A DNA stretch of 64,000 nt, from positions 1-64,000 of the forward strand of contig LXFE01000126.1 of NCBI GenBank assembly GCA_001929475.1. The letters are read 5' to 3'. A model generated the notes under the pieces. It worked only from the letters and a program-made list of their open reading frames with translations. It made no database searches and was not told where the DNA came from. The translations under genes and the position numbers were made by a program. Source of the DNA: Neolecta irregularis DAH-3 (taxonomy: Eukaryota). Below are positions 1-15,963 of this stretch, in pieces (within the stretch, counting starts at the first letter, position 1; every line of letters begins with the position of its first letter).

Positions 1-153
1 GCGCCCTCTATGTCTCATCCTGGGTTTGCCGTTGTGTGGGGGCGGTGGGACTTGATAGTGCCCACATTGAGCTTCAACACTTACACCATTAGGGGTTCAT
101 CTATTTATAAAATGCTTTAATGAAATTTGTAAACCTGAAATACTATCCGACAC

Positions 154-370
154 TGTAAGTATTGAAGCCCAGATACGAATAAGACTAGGTTATATTGTTC
201 TAGCCTAAATATTGGCGACTTCGGCGCAGGACATACCTAGCCTCAGTATTGGCGACTTGGCTAGGTATGAACCGCCTATCTATATTATATAATACAAATT
301 TAATTGCCGCAATATTATTGCAAGCCTTTTTCCCGTATTAGTAAGCGTGTGCCATAGGTATACGCTTACA
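154..370. mobile_element. Solo LTR, family A (217 bp)
   Basis: Starts TGTAAG and ends CTTACA (terminal inverted repeat). Perfect 5-bp direct repeat GACAC at 149-153 and 371-375. Internal CTAGCCT.AGTATT / GGACATACCTAGCCT motifs are shared with 49540-49779. Confidence 0.8.
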
Positions 371-970
371 GACACAGCGTGTGAAAGGAAATCGTGGGAC
401 AATGGTTTTACAGCATTTCTTCCTCTTTCTCATCAACTTCCCCTTACAAGTATTGTCAATGTCATCCAACCGTCGTAACTTCTGCACCAACCTCCGGCAA
501 GATGCGTTCTAGAATCTAACGTACCACGCAACCTCAGTCATAGCCCCACGGGTCTGAGACCTCCTTCGGAAGAGCCTCGGCCGGCGAATTCAACCATGGA
601 ATACGGTTGCTTAATTCAGGAGAGTTAGTCCAAGAATATCTCCTCGTTTTCTCGTTATCTCCTTTTCTTTTGCGGCTTGTTTTTAGATAATGAAATCACG
701 TGTTCAGCTCTAGAGAATACTCCATATCTATATCAAGAAAATGCTTCAGGTTACTCAGGCGAAGCAGGCTGACTAGGATCTACATCACTAGGCAGCTTTG
801 GGACTTTGAAAAATATCGTGGAATCTTGCCAGAATAACCATTATGAACAATTTAATGCGATAAACAATTGCGGAATGCCAAACAGAATCACCAAAAAATG
901 CACTTAACCAAAACAGATCACAGTTGCATCCATAGAAAAAGACGTCGGAGAACATTGCACTTAAGGCAAA

Positions 971-1321
971 TTAAGATGTCGGACGCTTGGTTTGATCGTC
1001 CATGACTTGCGTGAACGCACTGGTCAGACTCATGGGTTTAGCCCTTGATCGATCAACATAACCTCCTCTCCAAAAGGCATTTACTTTCCGAGATGTTTCT
1101 TTTTTTGATTCTTCAGCTTCGTGGTACAAGGACTCATTAAATCGTCCGTAGGACTTGAAAAGTTGCCACTAATCATCAATTCAATTCGTATACAGAGCAT
1201 ACCCTTCAAGAATCCGTTTCTGTAGAAGCTGACGTTGAAGGTCCAGATTCCCTTGATGAAGAGGCTGAAGTCGTTCATCCTGGCTAGTTTCTCCTTGAAT
1301 GCATGCACCGATCGAGTTCAT
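971..1321 (-). CDS. spo12: Spo12-family protein (mitotic exit/meiosis), 3 exons
   Basis: Removing GT-AG introns 1169-1202 and 1044-1084 gives MNSIGACIQG...ILEGGNFSSPTDDLMSPCTTKLKNQKKKHLGKAKPMSLTSAF...RPTS*. SPTD-x-LMSPC-xx-KL is the Spo12 signature. Confidence 0.85.
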
Positions 1322-1443
1322 GGTGGTGGAGGTTTGGTTGAAGTTGGAGAAATGTAAACATCAAGATTTATAGCTATGTCGTTTTTATAACAAATTGACA
1401 TGATTTCGACTATTTGAAAATAGATATATAAAAGTACTTGGAT

Positions 1444-2942
1444 TCATAAACGAGATTTGAGACCTCTGTTTTTGAGCAGATTATCCGATTTCTGTTTGAT
1501 CAGAGAGTATTTCTCGTGTCTTCAAGTTAATGCAGAATACGATATGTAGCATACAACTCCGGAGCTCGCCGAAGCTCAATCTTTCCCAATTGTGCTGTGT
1601 GAACTTCATCAGGGCCTAGGGTAAGAACCAGAATTGAAAATTAGTAGAATTATACCATCAGCATATCGCAAAGTCCGAATGCCTGTCCAGAATTCAGCGA
1701 GAATTTGGTCCTGGCAGATTCCCTCAGCACCAAAGCTTTGCATAGCACAATCAATTACATTCAAAGTCGTATTTGGAACAATGACCTCAAATTAGATTTC
1801 TGCGCAAGAAGGTGAATACCTTTGCCATGGCGATCTCCCTCAATGCTGCCTTGGCATTCTGTTGGTCAATCTTATCGGCTGCGTTTAGGACAACAAGTCT
1901 CGCTGCGTCAATTTCCATACGACTCTTAGCAATGTCAGCTACGATTTTTCCGTGTTGATAGAGGAATTTTCCGAATGTTTTCCGCTGTGGGTGAGTAACT
2001 CGAGCAATCATGAGATCTAGAGCTCGTTCTGCTACTCCAATAGATCTCATGCTATCGAGTCAATGAGAAAGAAGGGAATGAATACCAGTGATGAATCCTT
2101 CCGGGCCCAAGACGGCCTTGAATTATCTCAAATCCTCTGCCCTCGCCGAGAATAAGATTCTCAGCGGGAACACGACAATTCTCAAAAGCCATCTCCATAT
2201 GTCCGTGAGGTGCATCATCAAACCCGAAGATATGCATTGGCCGGAGAATTGTAACTCCAGGAGTTTCCGCAGGGACAATGATGATACTCTGCTGCTTGTA
2301 TGGATTGTCATGCTTCGGATTCGTTTTGCCCATAACGAGATAAACTGCACATCTCGGATCACCTGCTCCGGAAATCCACCATTTTTGTCCATTGATTACA
2401 TACTCGTTGCCTTCCTTGACCATCGAAGTTTGAATATTAGTAGCGTCTGAGCTTGCCACGAATCTTTCGGTCATTGCGAATGCGGATCGGATGTCTCCGG
2501 TGAGTAGCGGTGTGAGCCACTTTTGTTTCTGTGCTTCTGATCCATATTTTGCAAAAACTTCCATGTTTCCTGTATCTGGAGCGGACTAGAGTCAACATTT
2601 GATAGAAAATAGACATACGCAATTCATTGCTTCCGAACTTATAGGACATCTACCCATAATTTCGGCCATCAAGGCATATTCGACATTGGTAAGACCAGCG
2701 CCTTCTTTATAGTGGGAATGCAAAAACAAATTCCAGAGTCCAAGTTTTTTGGCCTTGGATTTCAACTCTTCCATTACTGGAGGAAATTCCTTCCATCTTC
2801 GCTCGTCTGTTCTAATTTGCGCATGGAAGAGTTCTTCTGCAGGGAGACAGTCATTATCGACGAAATCTCCAACTTTCTGAAGAATCTCCCTTGCCTGTGG
2901 TCGAACTTTTTGAGATATAATATTTGGGATTGACTGGGACAT
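1444..2942 (-). CDS. Acyl-CoA dehydrogenase (ACAD10/11-like), predicted peroxisomal
   Basis: Motifs [48 protein letters not shown] and DGPDEVH. The last exon, after a 35-nt intron, ends ...NRGLKSRL* (PTS1). Confidence 0.93.
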
Positions 2943-3345
2943 GAGGGCGATTCACAATAGTATTATGGAAACGAGGGGGGCCGAGGCTTGTAGGTCAGGG
3001 CGTGCCGCAAACCCCAAATCAGTAGCTATGAAACGCAAAACACCATCTGGGGAATAAAAAGAGGGGTTTTCCCTCAAAGATCAAAAGTTATAGCGTAAGC
3101 TAAGAACATGGAATACTCCACCAGTGACATGTGTTCTGGAGGATAATGACCCGAAAATTAGCATGGATGAACTCGCAAACTAGTATTGGACCGAAGCTGG
3201 TACCGACATCGAAAGAAACTTCTGAAAGGATCCAGGAAGTGGACCTTTAGAGATAACAGATGGCCAAGAATCAAAGAATCCAGTCTTCTGCCACCACGTT
3301 TCCTCACAGTTCTATATAAAGTTTCGTCAGCTTCCACCTATTGCA

Positions 3346-3825
3346 ATGGCAGTTATGCATCTAAAACCAACAATCGGACCCGCCCACAAAACTGCAGTAC
3401 ACTCAGTCAGAGACCTGCCAGGATACCTTACAAAGTCGACCACGATAGTAATCTGCGAACACAGAGAATCATGCTACATGTATTTCTCCTCAAAAGACAA
3501 ATTCCACCAGCATTTTATCGAAAAACATGGGGACCAATCGTTATCGGACTTGGACATGCTTATCATTGGGCCAGCAGAGAAAGGTGCAGTAACAGGAAGC
3601 TGTTTAAAACGATCCAGCATCGATAGTTCGTCCTCGCATCAAGAGAAACGGGTGTGCAGCCAGACAGGCCCCCAGCAGATGTATATTCCTCATCCGCCCG
3701 GGTTCAATGGATACATGGCCCACCAAGGCTACTATCCTGGTGGTTGGTATCCAACTCACTATACCTATGCTACTCCACCACTGTTTTACCCAATGTATGG
3801 AGGATACACAGGATACAAGCAATGA
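3346..3825 (+). CDS. Hypothetical 159-aa protein with one C2H2-like zinc finger and a Tyr/Pro/Gly-rich tail
   Basis: Intronless ATG ORF with TATATAAA about 30 bp upstream. CEHRESCYMYFSSKDKFHQHFIEKH fits C-x5-C-x3-F-x5-F-x2-H-x4-H. Confidence 0.6.
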   Translation: MAVMHLKPTIGPAHKTAVHSVRDLPGYLTKSTTIVICEHRESCYMYFSSKDKFHQHFIEKHGDQSLSDLDMLIIGPAEKGAVTGSCLKRSSIDSSSSHQEKRVCSQTGPQQMYIPHPPGFNGYMAHQGYYPGGWYPTHYTYATPPLFYPMYGGYTGYKQ

Positions 3826-3848
3826 ACTGAGCATGTATATAATTACAG

Positions 3849-5918
3849 TTATACATAATCTGGAATTCCCCATCCACTGCGGTGTTTGCCCTTCTTCATC
3901 TTGAAATGTCTTTTTTCTTCGTTGAGCTCCCGAAGCGTTGTTCCTTTTGATACTGCATCCATTGTTCGGGCTTTGCGACCTGTTAGATGGCGGCCACCTG
4001 CTGATAATATTGGTGCATTACCTGCCCTTCCGGCGTAATCCCCACCTTGCCTACTCATAATCATAACTCCCATATCTTTTCTTTTGAAGAATACGTTATC
4101 AAGACCTGTGGTTTTCGTTTTCTGAGCCTGGGGCGGACGACTGGAGATTTGTGAAAAGGCTGTAGAATCTTCGTCTGCAAAAGCATCCCTCTTTCGTTCT
4201 GGAAGGCGAGAAATATCATAAAGTTCAGCATTGAACTCTTCTGGAGAACTTTCATAATCTGGCGGAGGATGAACATAGAGCAGTTTTCCATTTACGAAAT
4301 CTTTCAGAATGCATCTTGCTGCGCGACTCTCATCAGGATTGCCCTGCCCAGCTTTCGTATATCCCCTGGCTCCTATTACAATCAATATTGTCTGTGATAG
4401 AGGACATACTGGCATACGAAACCAACAATTCCTCAGCAGTAGGAGTTCCACTTCCACCTTCACTAATAGGTCTAATATAAACAGTAATTCCATAAAACGC
4501 CTCGATATATCTCCTTGGAACACGTTTTGCAACCAATGCACTAGGTCCTGAACTTTCTCTCAACTGATCAATCGGAAGAATTCCGTTAACAACTAGTTCT
4601 GCCTTCGTACTCGCAAAATTAGGGAAGACTAACCCTGGACAATCGCAAAGAATAACAGAGGGACTAAGATGTATCGTCTGAAAATGTTTCGTTTTACCCG
4701 GTGTTGCAGATACTGAGACTTTTTTGGCCCCGAGAAGGGCATTTATGGTACTGGACTTTCCCACGTTGGGATAGCCAACCAATCCGATCCGAACCTTTCC
4801 CTTCTCAGCTTTCAGAGGTGGAGGGGTTGTTGGTTCCGGCGCTTCTCGAAGAAAGAGTTCTTCTAATTCATCGACAGTAAGTATTCGTGTTGATTCATCT
4901 TCAATGGAACTCTTGTCTTTTGTCAGATTCCATTTACCGGAGTTTAGATGCTCGATTTCTTCCCCCAATTTTTCACTGTTTTTCTCCAATTGTTCCTTGG
5001 CTAACTGTGCTGAGAAAAAGGAGTATCGAACGTCCATCCTTTTAAAATACGTTGCCCATGAAGACCTCTGTTTTAAGGTCATCATGTCAGCTTTGTTGAC
5101 CAATAATAAATTACATTTCCGAGAATCTACCTCAGAGACATATTTTACCAAATCAGTAGATTGAAACAACATGGGGTTTCTTCCGTCGACTATTTGCACA
5201 ATTAAATCGGACCTTTCGATTACTCTCCACAACTGTCTCCAGACTTCGAGGTTTCGTTCGAAGGGTGTAAGTAAGAGATCATGCTCTTCTTGAAGTCTAT
5301 GAGTTGTCGGCATGACGCAATTGGAGATCGTACAATGCAAGATGTCTCCTCCATTCTAAAAATGACTCACGCTCATTGCGCGCTAGCTGAGCGGGAGTAG
5401 TATTTTTATCCCACGTCGGCCTTGCAATTAATCTCAGTTTTTGGAAGATAATACCGTCGAGGAATGGTAAGCTCTTGAACCATCTTATTATGCTTTTCTG
5501 CTTGCATACTCTCTTGTTCCGGTGTAAGAAGGTATGGATTCATCTGGTCATTTGTTACAACTTTGATATTTTTCCTTTCTTCCCTATATTAACCATAGTG
5601 AATAAGATACCAAAGATACCAGCAATGAACTCGGTTCCGGCGAGTTCTGCAGTACTCAAAAATTCTTCCAATGCTTGTTCTTGAGTGACAGACCTTAACT
5701 TGACCCAGTTTGGTTCGTTTTTGGTTTCAGTTGCATGCTATAAAATCAACATAAGTGTCGAAATTCCATATACAAGTTTCACGTCATCATCGCGCTTTGG
5801 CGGACCTCCCTGGTCTTTGAACCGATCTTTCATAATACTCCGCCCGAGACCAACATTTGACTTTGATTTTGTTTGAACCTAGATATTAGGTCAGAATTCG
5901 AGAAGGTGGGTATGCCAT
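3849..5918 (-). CDS. LSG1: Large-subunit GTPase Lsg1 (60S export)
   Basis: Motifs TPFERNLEVWRQLWRVIERSD, NKAD, GLVGYPNVGKSS, TPGKTKHFQT and DCPGLVFP. The N-terminus MVQTKSKSNVGLGRSIMKDRF is formed by an ATG-only first coding exon plus GC-AG intron 5879-5915. Confidence 0.95.
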
Positions 5919-6006
5919 CTAAACTGAGAAGGTTGATGATCAAGAGTAAATATTTTTGCTGCTGAATCAAAATCGTCTCCACCAAAAATACTTCAAAAAC
6001 TGCAAA

Positions 6007-7173
6007 ATGGTCAAGAAGAAATATATAGACAAGAAGGATGCATATACATTTCAACTTGTTCATCGATCACGACAAGATCCAGAAATAAACAATCCTGAAG
6101 CTTCAGATCGAGTTTTCAGACTTGTGGGGATTCATGATCATAGAGTACATTTATCCAGCGAAGGTATTTGACAGTACAGGGTAAAACAATAAAAAACTTG
6201 AAGGAAGAACTGGGCGAAAAAGTCGAGAATATTCGCAATAACGAAGGAGAAGCTGCAAATTATGGAATTTATTACGATGACACAAATTATGATTATATGC
6301 AACATACCAAACCTGTTGGAGACAGAGAAGGTGTTGTTCTTTCTGCTCCTAAAAGGACAGAAAGGAGAAATAATCAAAATGGGATCATTAGAGAATCAGT
6401 ATTTCACGTCCTTTAACAGTAATTAAATCAGTAGATCATACCAAAAGAGGTCCTCCCCTCGGCGATCGAGCTCCCAAAAAATTACCAATCACAACAAGCC
6501 GTTCAAGATGCAATCGCAGGATTTCAACCAGATATGGACCCACGATTACGAGAAGTTTTGGGAGCGTTGGAAGATGAGGCCTATGTTGATGATACGATTG
6601 AATCAGATGACTTTAGGGAAACCTTTTTTGAGGAAATCGCAAAGAGCGGAGAGGTGGACGAAGAACAATTTTATGGAGAAGACTTGGATGGTTGGGAATC
6701 AGATGATCCAACAAAAGGCATAGACACCTGTGATTTATATAAAAAGATATCGCTGCAAAAAGTTAGGAAGGAGATGGCAGAGAGTATATCGAGGTTCCCA
6801 GCATCTACATATCGCAGAAAGAACAAATCTGGAGCCAGGACGGCAACGAGTGGATATTCAATGTCTAGTTCTTCCATGTTTCGGAATGATCATCTAACTT
6901 TACTGGATGATCGATTTGACAAGGTTCGTTATCTTTTCCGTCTCAAGACTAACAAGCCAGATTGAAGAAGAATACGACCGGGAGTCAGATGAGGAAGATA
7001 ATGATCCGAATCAAAGGTGTGCAAATGACGACCAATTCAATGTGATCATGGACGATTTCCTTGACCACTATGAACTCCGAGGGAGAAAACTCAACCCAAA
7101 GGAGAAAGATTCAACAGCATTGAGCGAATTAGATTCCATTCGAAAATCACTAGGAAAGGCCAAGATATACTAG
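6007..7173 (+). CDS. LTV1: Ltv1, 40S ribosome biogenesis factor
   Basis: Motifs FQLVHRSRQDP, GEAANYGIYYDDTNYDYMQH, GFQPDMDPRLREVLGALEDEAYV and SMSSSSMFRNDHLTLLDDRFDK. Several short introns. Confidence 0.92.
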
Positions 7174-7210
7174 TTCTATGCACAGAAATTTAGATGTACA
7201 AAACAGAAAA

Positions 7211-12104
<4,894 letters not shown>

Positions 12105-12968
12105 TGCGAGCGCGGGTTGTAGATTTTATGATTCTCCCTTTCTGCTTCTGATCAGCAACGCCGGCAAATACGACTCCGAAGACCTTTTTCTCGAGTCCCG
12201 CTCAGGGCCTCGATGGCGGATACAGAGTAAGGTCTATGGTGTCGAGTTTATTTTTGGGTAGTATGAGTCGAAAGGCGATGGCGGAAAAGGAAGGAGTTGA
12301 GTTCGCCAGTCACCTGTGCTAGCCCAGTCGTGGCATCTCTTTTTGGCGGTTGATTATTTTGAAGAATGAGTGGTGTCTGAAGAACGAACCCCGCCTAAAA
12401 CGGATAACACAAATCACCAGGTTTCAGTTAAGGCCTTCGCGTTTTTGGCTGTGCGCAGCCAATATAAGCAGAAAAATTCAGCGGCTACAGGCGCAAGTTT
12501 GGGCGCAAAAAGCTACAAGAAGAGGCGAATGGCCTAAATATGTGTATCGGGTTATTTGGCGGTGACTATATGATTTTGCCCGGGTCTAAGTACAACGGAT
12601 TCCTTTAGCTGAAGCAAAGCAGAAACTCGTTTCGCTGGTACAGGGCTACTTTTAAAGAGCGTCTGCTTCAGCTGGACGGAGAATTTCCATCTGGTTGTGG
12701 CAATGCTCGTTTTCTAAATGACCATCCTGGGGTGTTAGGCTAATTTCCGCCCACTCGAATATCTACATAGACCTTGTCTCGTTGCAGAAAACAGATATTT
12801 CTACTGCAAAGCCAGCGATATACTCGGCATCCAGAGTTAATAGATTGCCGGGTAAGATTGTTATTGCGGAGACTTTTATTAACGGCATTTGACTGAATTT
12901 AACACGCAAGTCACCCGCTTTATAAACCCGGCCCCCTCGGACACACGGCTTTTCTCCCAACCTCCATC

Positions 12969-13134
12969 ATGCGAGCTAAATGGTATCAAGTCTCTCATTA
13001 CCACTTCAATTATTCTAATGTTCGTTAGGAAGAAGAAGCGCGTCCGCAGACTCCAACGAAGAAGGAGGAAAATGCGGCAAAGATGGTATGATTCTTATCT
13101 TCTTTTCCAATATCTAACCTATCGCAGTAAGTAA
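12969..13134 (+). CDS. RPL41: Ribosomal protein eL41 (eS32), 25 aa, 3 exons
   Basis: Exons 12969-12982, 13029-13085 and 13128-13134 give MRAKWKKKRVRRLQRRRRKMRQRCK*. Both introns are GT-AG with CTAAT/CTAAC branch points. Confidence 0.95.
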
Positions 13135-13548
13135 GCTAGTCCATCAATCTACCTGTCTTTCAGTTCACTTCTTATCATTGCGACGAATCGGCAACGGATT
13201 CAAATTTTATTTTCGGCAGGCTCCTTACGATTAATCTCCGTTCTCTTCCAAATTTTTGAAAGATGCTCACTAGCACATCCAAGGCAAGAGGATCTTAAAA
13301 TGCCCTCAGTCATGTATCCTGCTTTCTGAACTGTAATTTGGGGAAAATTGGGATTGCTGTATATATTATGTACAGTCTTCTAAGGCTTGATCTATACTTT
13401 ACTCAACCTATATTCGCTCCCCTCTGGAATTGTGTCACGTACAAAGTATATATACGCTTCTAGAGACCAAGTTCATGACCTAGCGTGATTAAAATATCTA
13501 AAAGACCCTTGCAAAACTTTGTGATCTGAAAGCGCAGCCAACACCAAC

Positions 13549-15072
13549 ATGCCGCCAGATAAGAAAAGAAGATATTCGGCCTCAGATATATCCATAGATT
13601 CCATCTCGGTATCTCATCCAGAAACTGCCACTCCACCAGCGTTTCTGGGTATCATCATTTTATTTACTCAAACTGATCAAGAGCATCATTTCCCGGCATC
13701 GAACCTCCTACTTCTGCAAAATTCACCGCCTCAATACGACAAGGTAAGGACGCCAATGATTATCATCTCCGTGGGCGGACTAGTCGGATGGAGTATAACG
13801 GTTTGAATAATATTGACGAGGAGGTGGGTGCGTACGAGTAATTCCCCCCGTGGATTTGCCTCAACAAATAGTTTTTATATCGGAATCTTCGATGGAAACA
13901 CGAAAGATCTCAAACTTGTTCCTACGCCAATGTTCGTAATGAATCGAACTATTAAAGATCTGCAATCAGCGCACAAGAAACCCTCAAAAACATCAGTAAT
14001 AGCAGGCTGCTTCTTCAAGTTGACCTCACTGTCTCTAGTATGTGGACCAACGAAATGCGCTTGGAGAGACATTCGGGACGAAGAAGTCGAGACTTGCAAT
14101 TAAATCAGAATTATCGAACCAAGTTGATAGTACTTCGTTATCGAAGCTTGCCGATACAATTATTGACAATGTCAAAACCGCTACTGAAAATCTGCCCTCC
14201 GCGGGTAACTGTTCTCCATAATCTAAGATTTTCTAATTGTAGAAATTTTAAAACAAGTCACTGATGCAGATCGACCTATACCACCTCCGAATATGTCTGC
14301 CACGAATGTCCAAGAAGCCTATAATTTATCTGACATCATCACCGAGGATGAACTTTCAGCCATTAATGTCAAATCACTCATTAAAGCCAAAGAACCCGGT
14401 CAACGAGCTGAACTCCTCCCATTTTCGTACAAACTCAAAATCTGGACAGTATTAACTTGTGCAGGACGTCACAGTACATTAATGAAAAGCTGAATCGTAC
14501 ACTCTCTGGAGATGCAAAAGATGTCAAGAGAATCAAAATACTTTACTATATCTCTCTTCTAATGGCCTTTCACACCCACGAACGAATGGTCTGGAAAAAA
14601 GATAAACTTGCCATGAATTTAAAACAACCTCCACAAATACTGATCGACGGTCTAATGAGGCGATTTACTGATATTTCCGGGATCGGACAACCAGGCTTCT
14701 CAGCTCGGTGCGGTCTTTGGTGCACGGAACCTCACTAATGATCCAGAATTAAAATCAATGCGAAAGCTTCTGATAAAGTTTTGTGCTATTTATTCTGTCT
14801 ATGCCTGATGTTGGACAACTACTCAGCTGACATCTATACATTATCTACAGATTTATCCCTTCGACCTCAAGAGTATCCCCTCGATACTATATAGTATTGA
14901 CATTTACAGATGTACCGAGCTGTTCAAAACTCTTGGATGTAAAATCACCCTGCTTACGGAAACTCAACGATCAGCAATTGGAATAAGCAAAGCAGAAGCT
15001 GCTCAGCGGAAACGAGCTGTTTTGAAAGTTCCATTGGAGTTTCCGGTTGTTAAAAAAGGCCCCAAGAAGTGA
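13549..15072 (+). CDS. RPA49: RNA polymerase I subunit A49
   Basis: Motifs YIGIFDGNTKDLKLVP, QRNALGETFGTKK, RPIPPPNMSATNVQEAYNLSDII and ELFKTLGCKI...RAVLKVPLEFP. Many short introns. Confidence 0.88.
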
Positions 15073-15963
15073 TGAGTCTTGAATATCCTTTTGTGAATAT
15101 AAAACCTTTTTTTAGTTGATAGCGAAAATCGGTATTAATGACGTCAGTCATCTCATTAGCGCAATATAGAAGAGGCTGTAATCTTCAATTATAAAGATGT
15201 TTGAATGAGCCTTTGTGAGTAGGTTCTGTCCATATATCCACCTCTTTTGTTCCGAGTTTTCGTACGTCACTCACGAGCCGGGGTACTCGACATGGCAGGT
15301 GATGCCTCCCTGCATGTTCCTATTTCTCGAATTTGAATTATGCAAACTCAGAAATGGTTGCTAATCACCCGAGCTTCCTTTGCCGTATAGAGCATTACTC
15401 GGTGCCCTTTTGGGCTTATAGGAATCTCGAAGGGAGCTCCAAAGATCTTTTAGAATCCAGATCGTAGAAAACTGGTGGCACGGGTTTTTTTTCTCATTCA
15501 GTCAATATGTCATCCTCAACAAATATTTTATCTTTGCGAATCCGGGGTTTGTTACCGTTCGTGTAAGGGATTCGGCGGGAGTATAATACGACTCGGTTTA
15601 TTCTAACCTAAGCACGTGCCTCCGTCACTAGAGAGTTATCTTTTATAGATATATTCGAAAGGTTGCAGCCTAATGACAGTAACAAGGCTACAAAAGGTGA
15701 CAAGACCGATATCTGTTTACTATGAAGTCGTACTCCGATCGAGGATGAATATAAATGCTGTCATATACATGGTTTAATCAGGAATTAAATCGAATAACTA
15801 CACTTATTCAAAAACACTGAATATCTCTTTCCCCAAAAAGCTTTTCCTCTGGGATGACGACTAGCTAAAACAGAACTTGAGGTTGTCTCCAATCAGATAT
15901 CTTGGGGACCTGTTTGCAGAAACAAACATATCAAAATTTCCAACCTTTTCTTTCTAGACTCCA

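Noticed and set aside
3186..3626. 146-aa TTG-start ORF overlapping the zinc-finger ORF
   Set aside because: Non-ATG start in a eukaryote, no motif, and it overlaps a better-supported frame.
12300..12920. CAGTCAC/AAGTCAC motifs resembling the fission-yeast HomolD box upstream of RPL41
   Set aside because: Imperfect matches to CAGTCACA; too short to support by eye.
15073..15963. About 900-bp gap before the Mek1-like gene with an ATGACGTCA CRE-like site near 15138
   Set aside because: A single short motif; no recognisable ncRNA or ORF.
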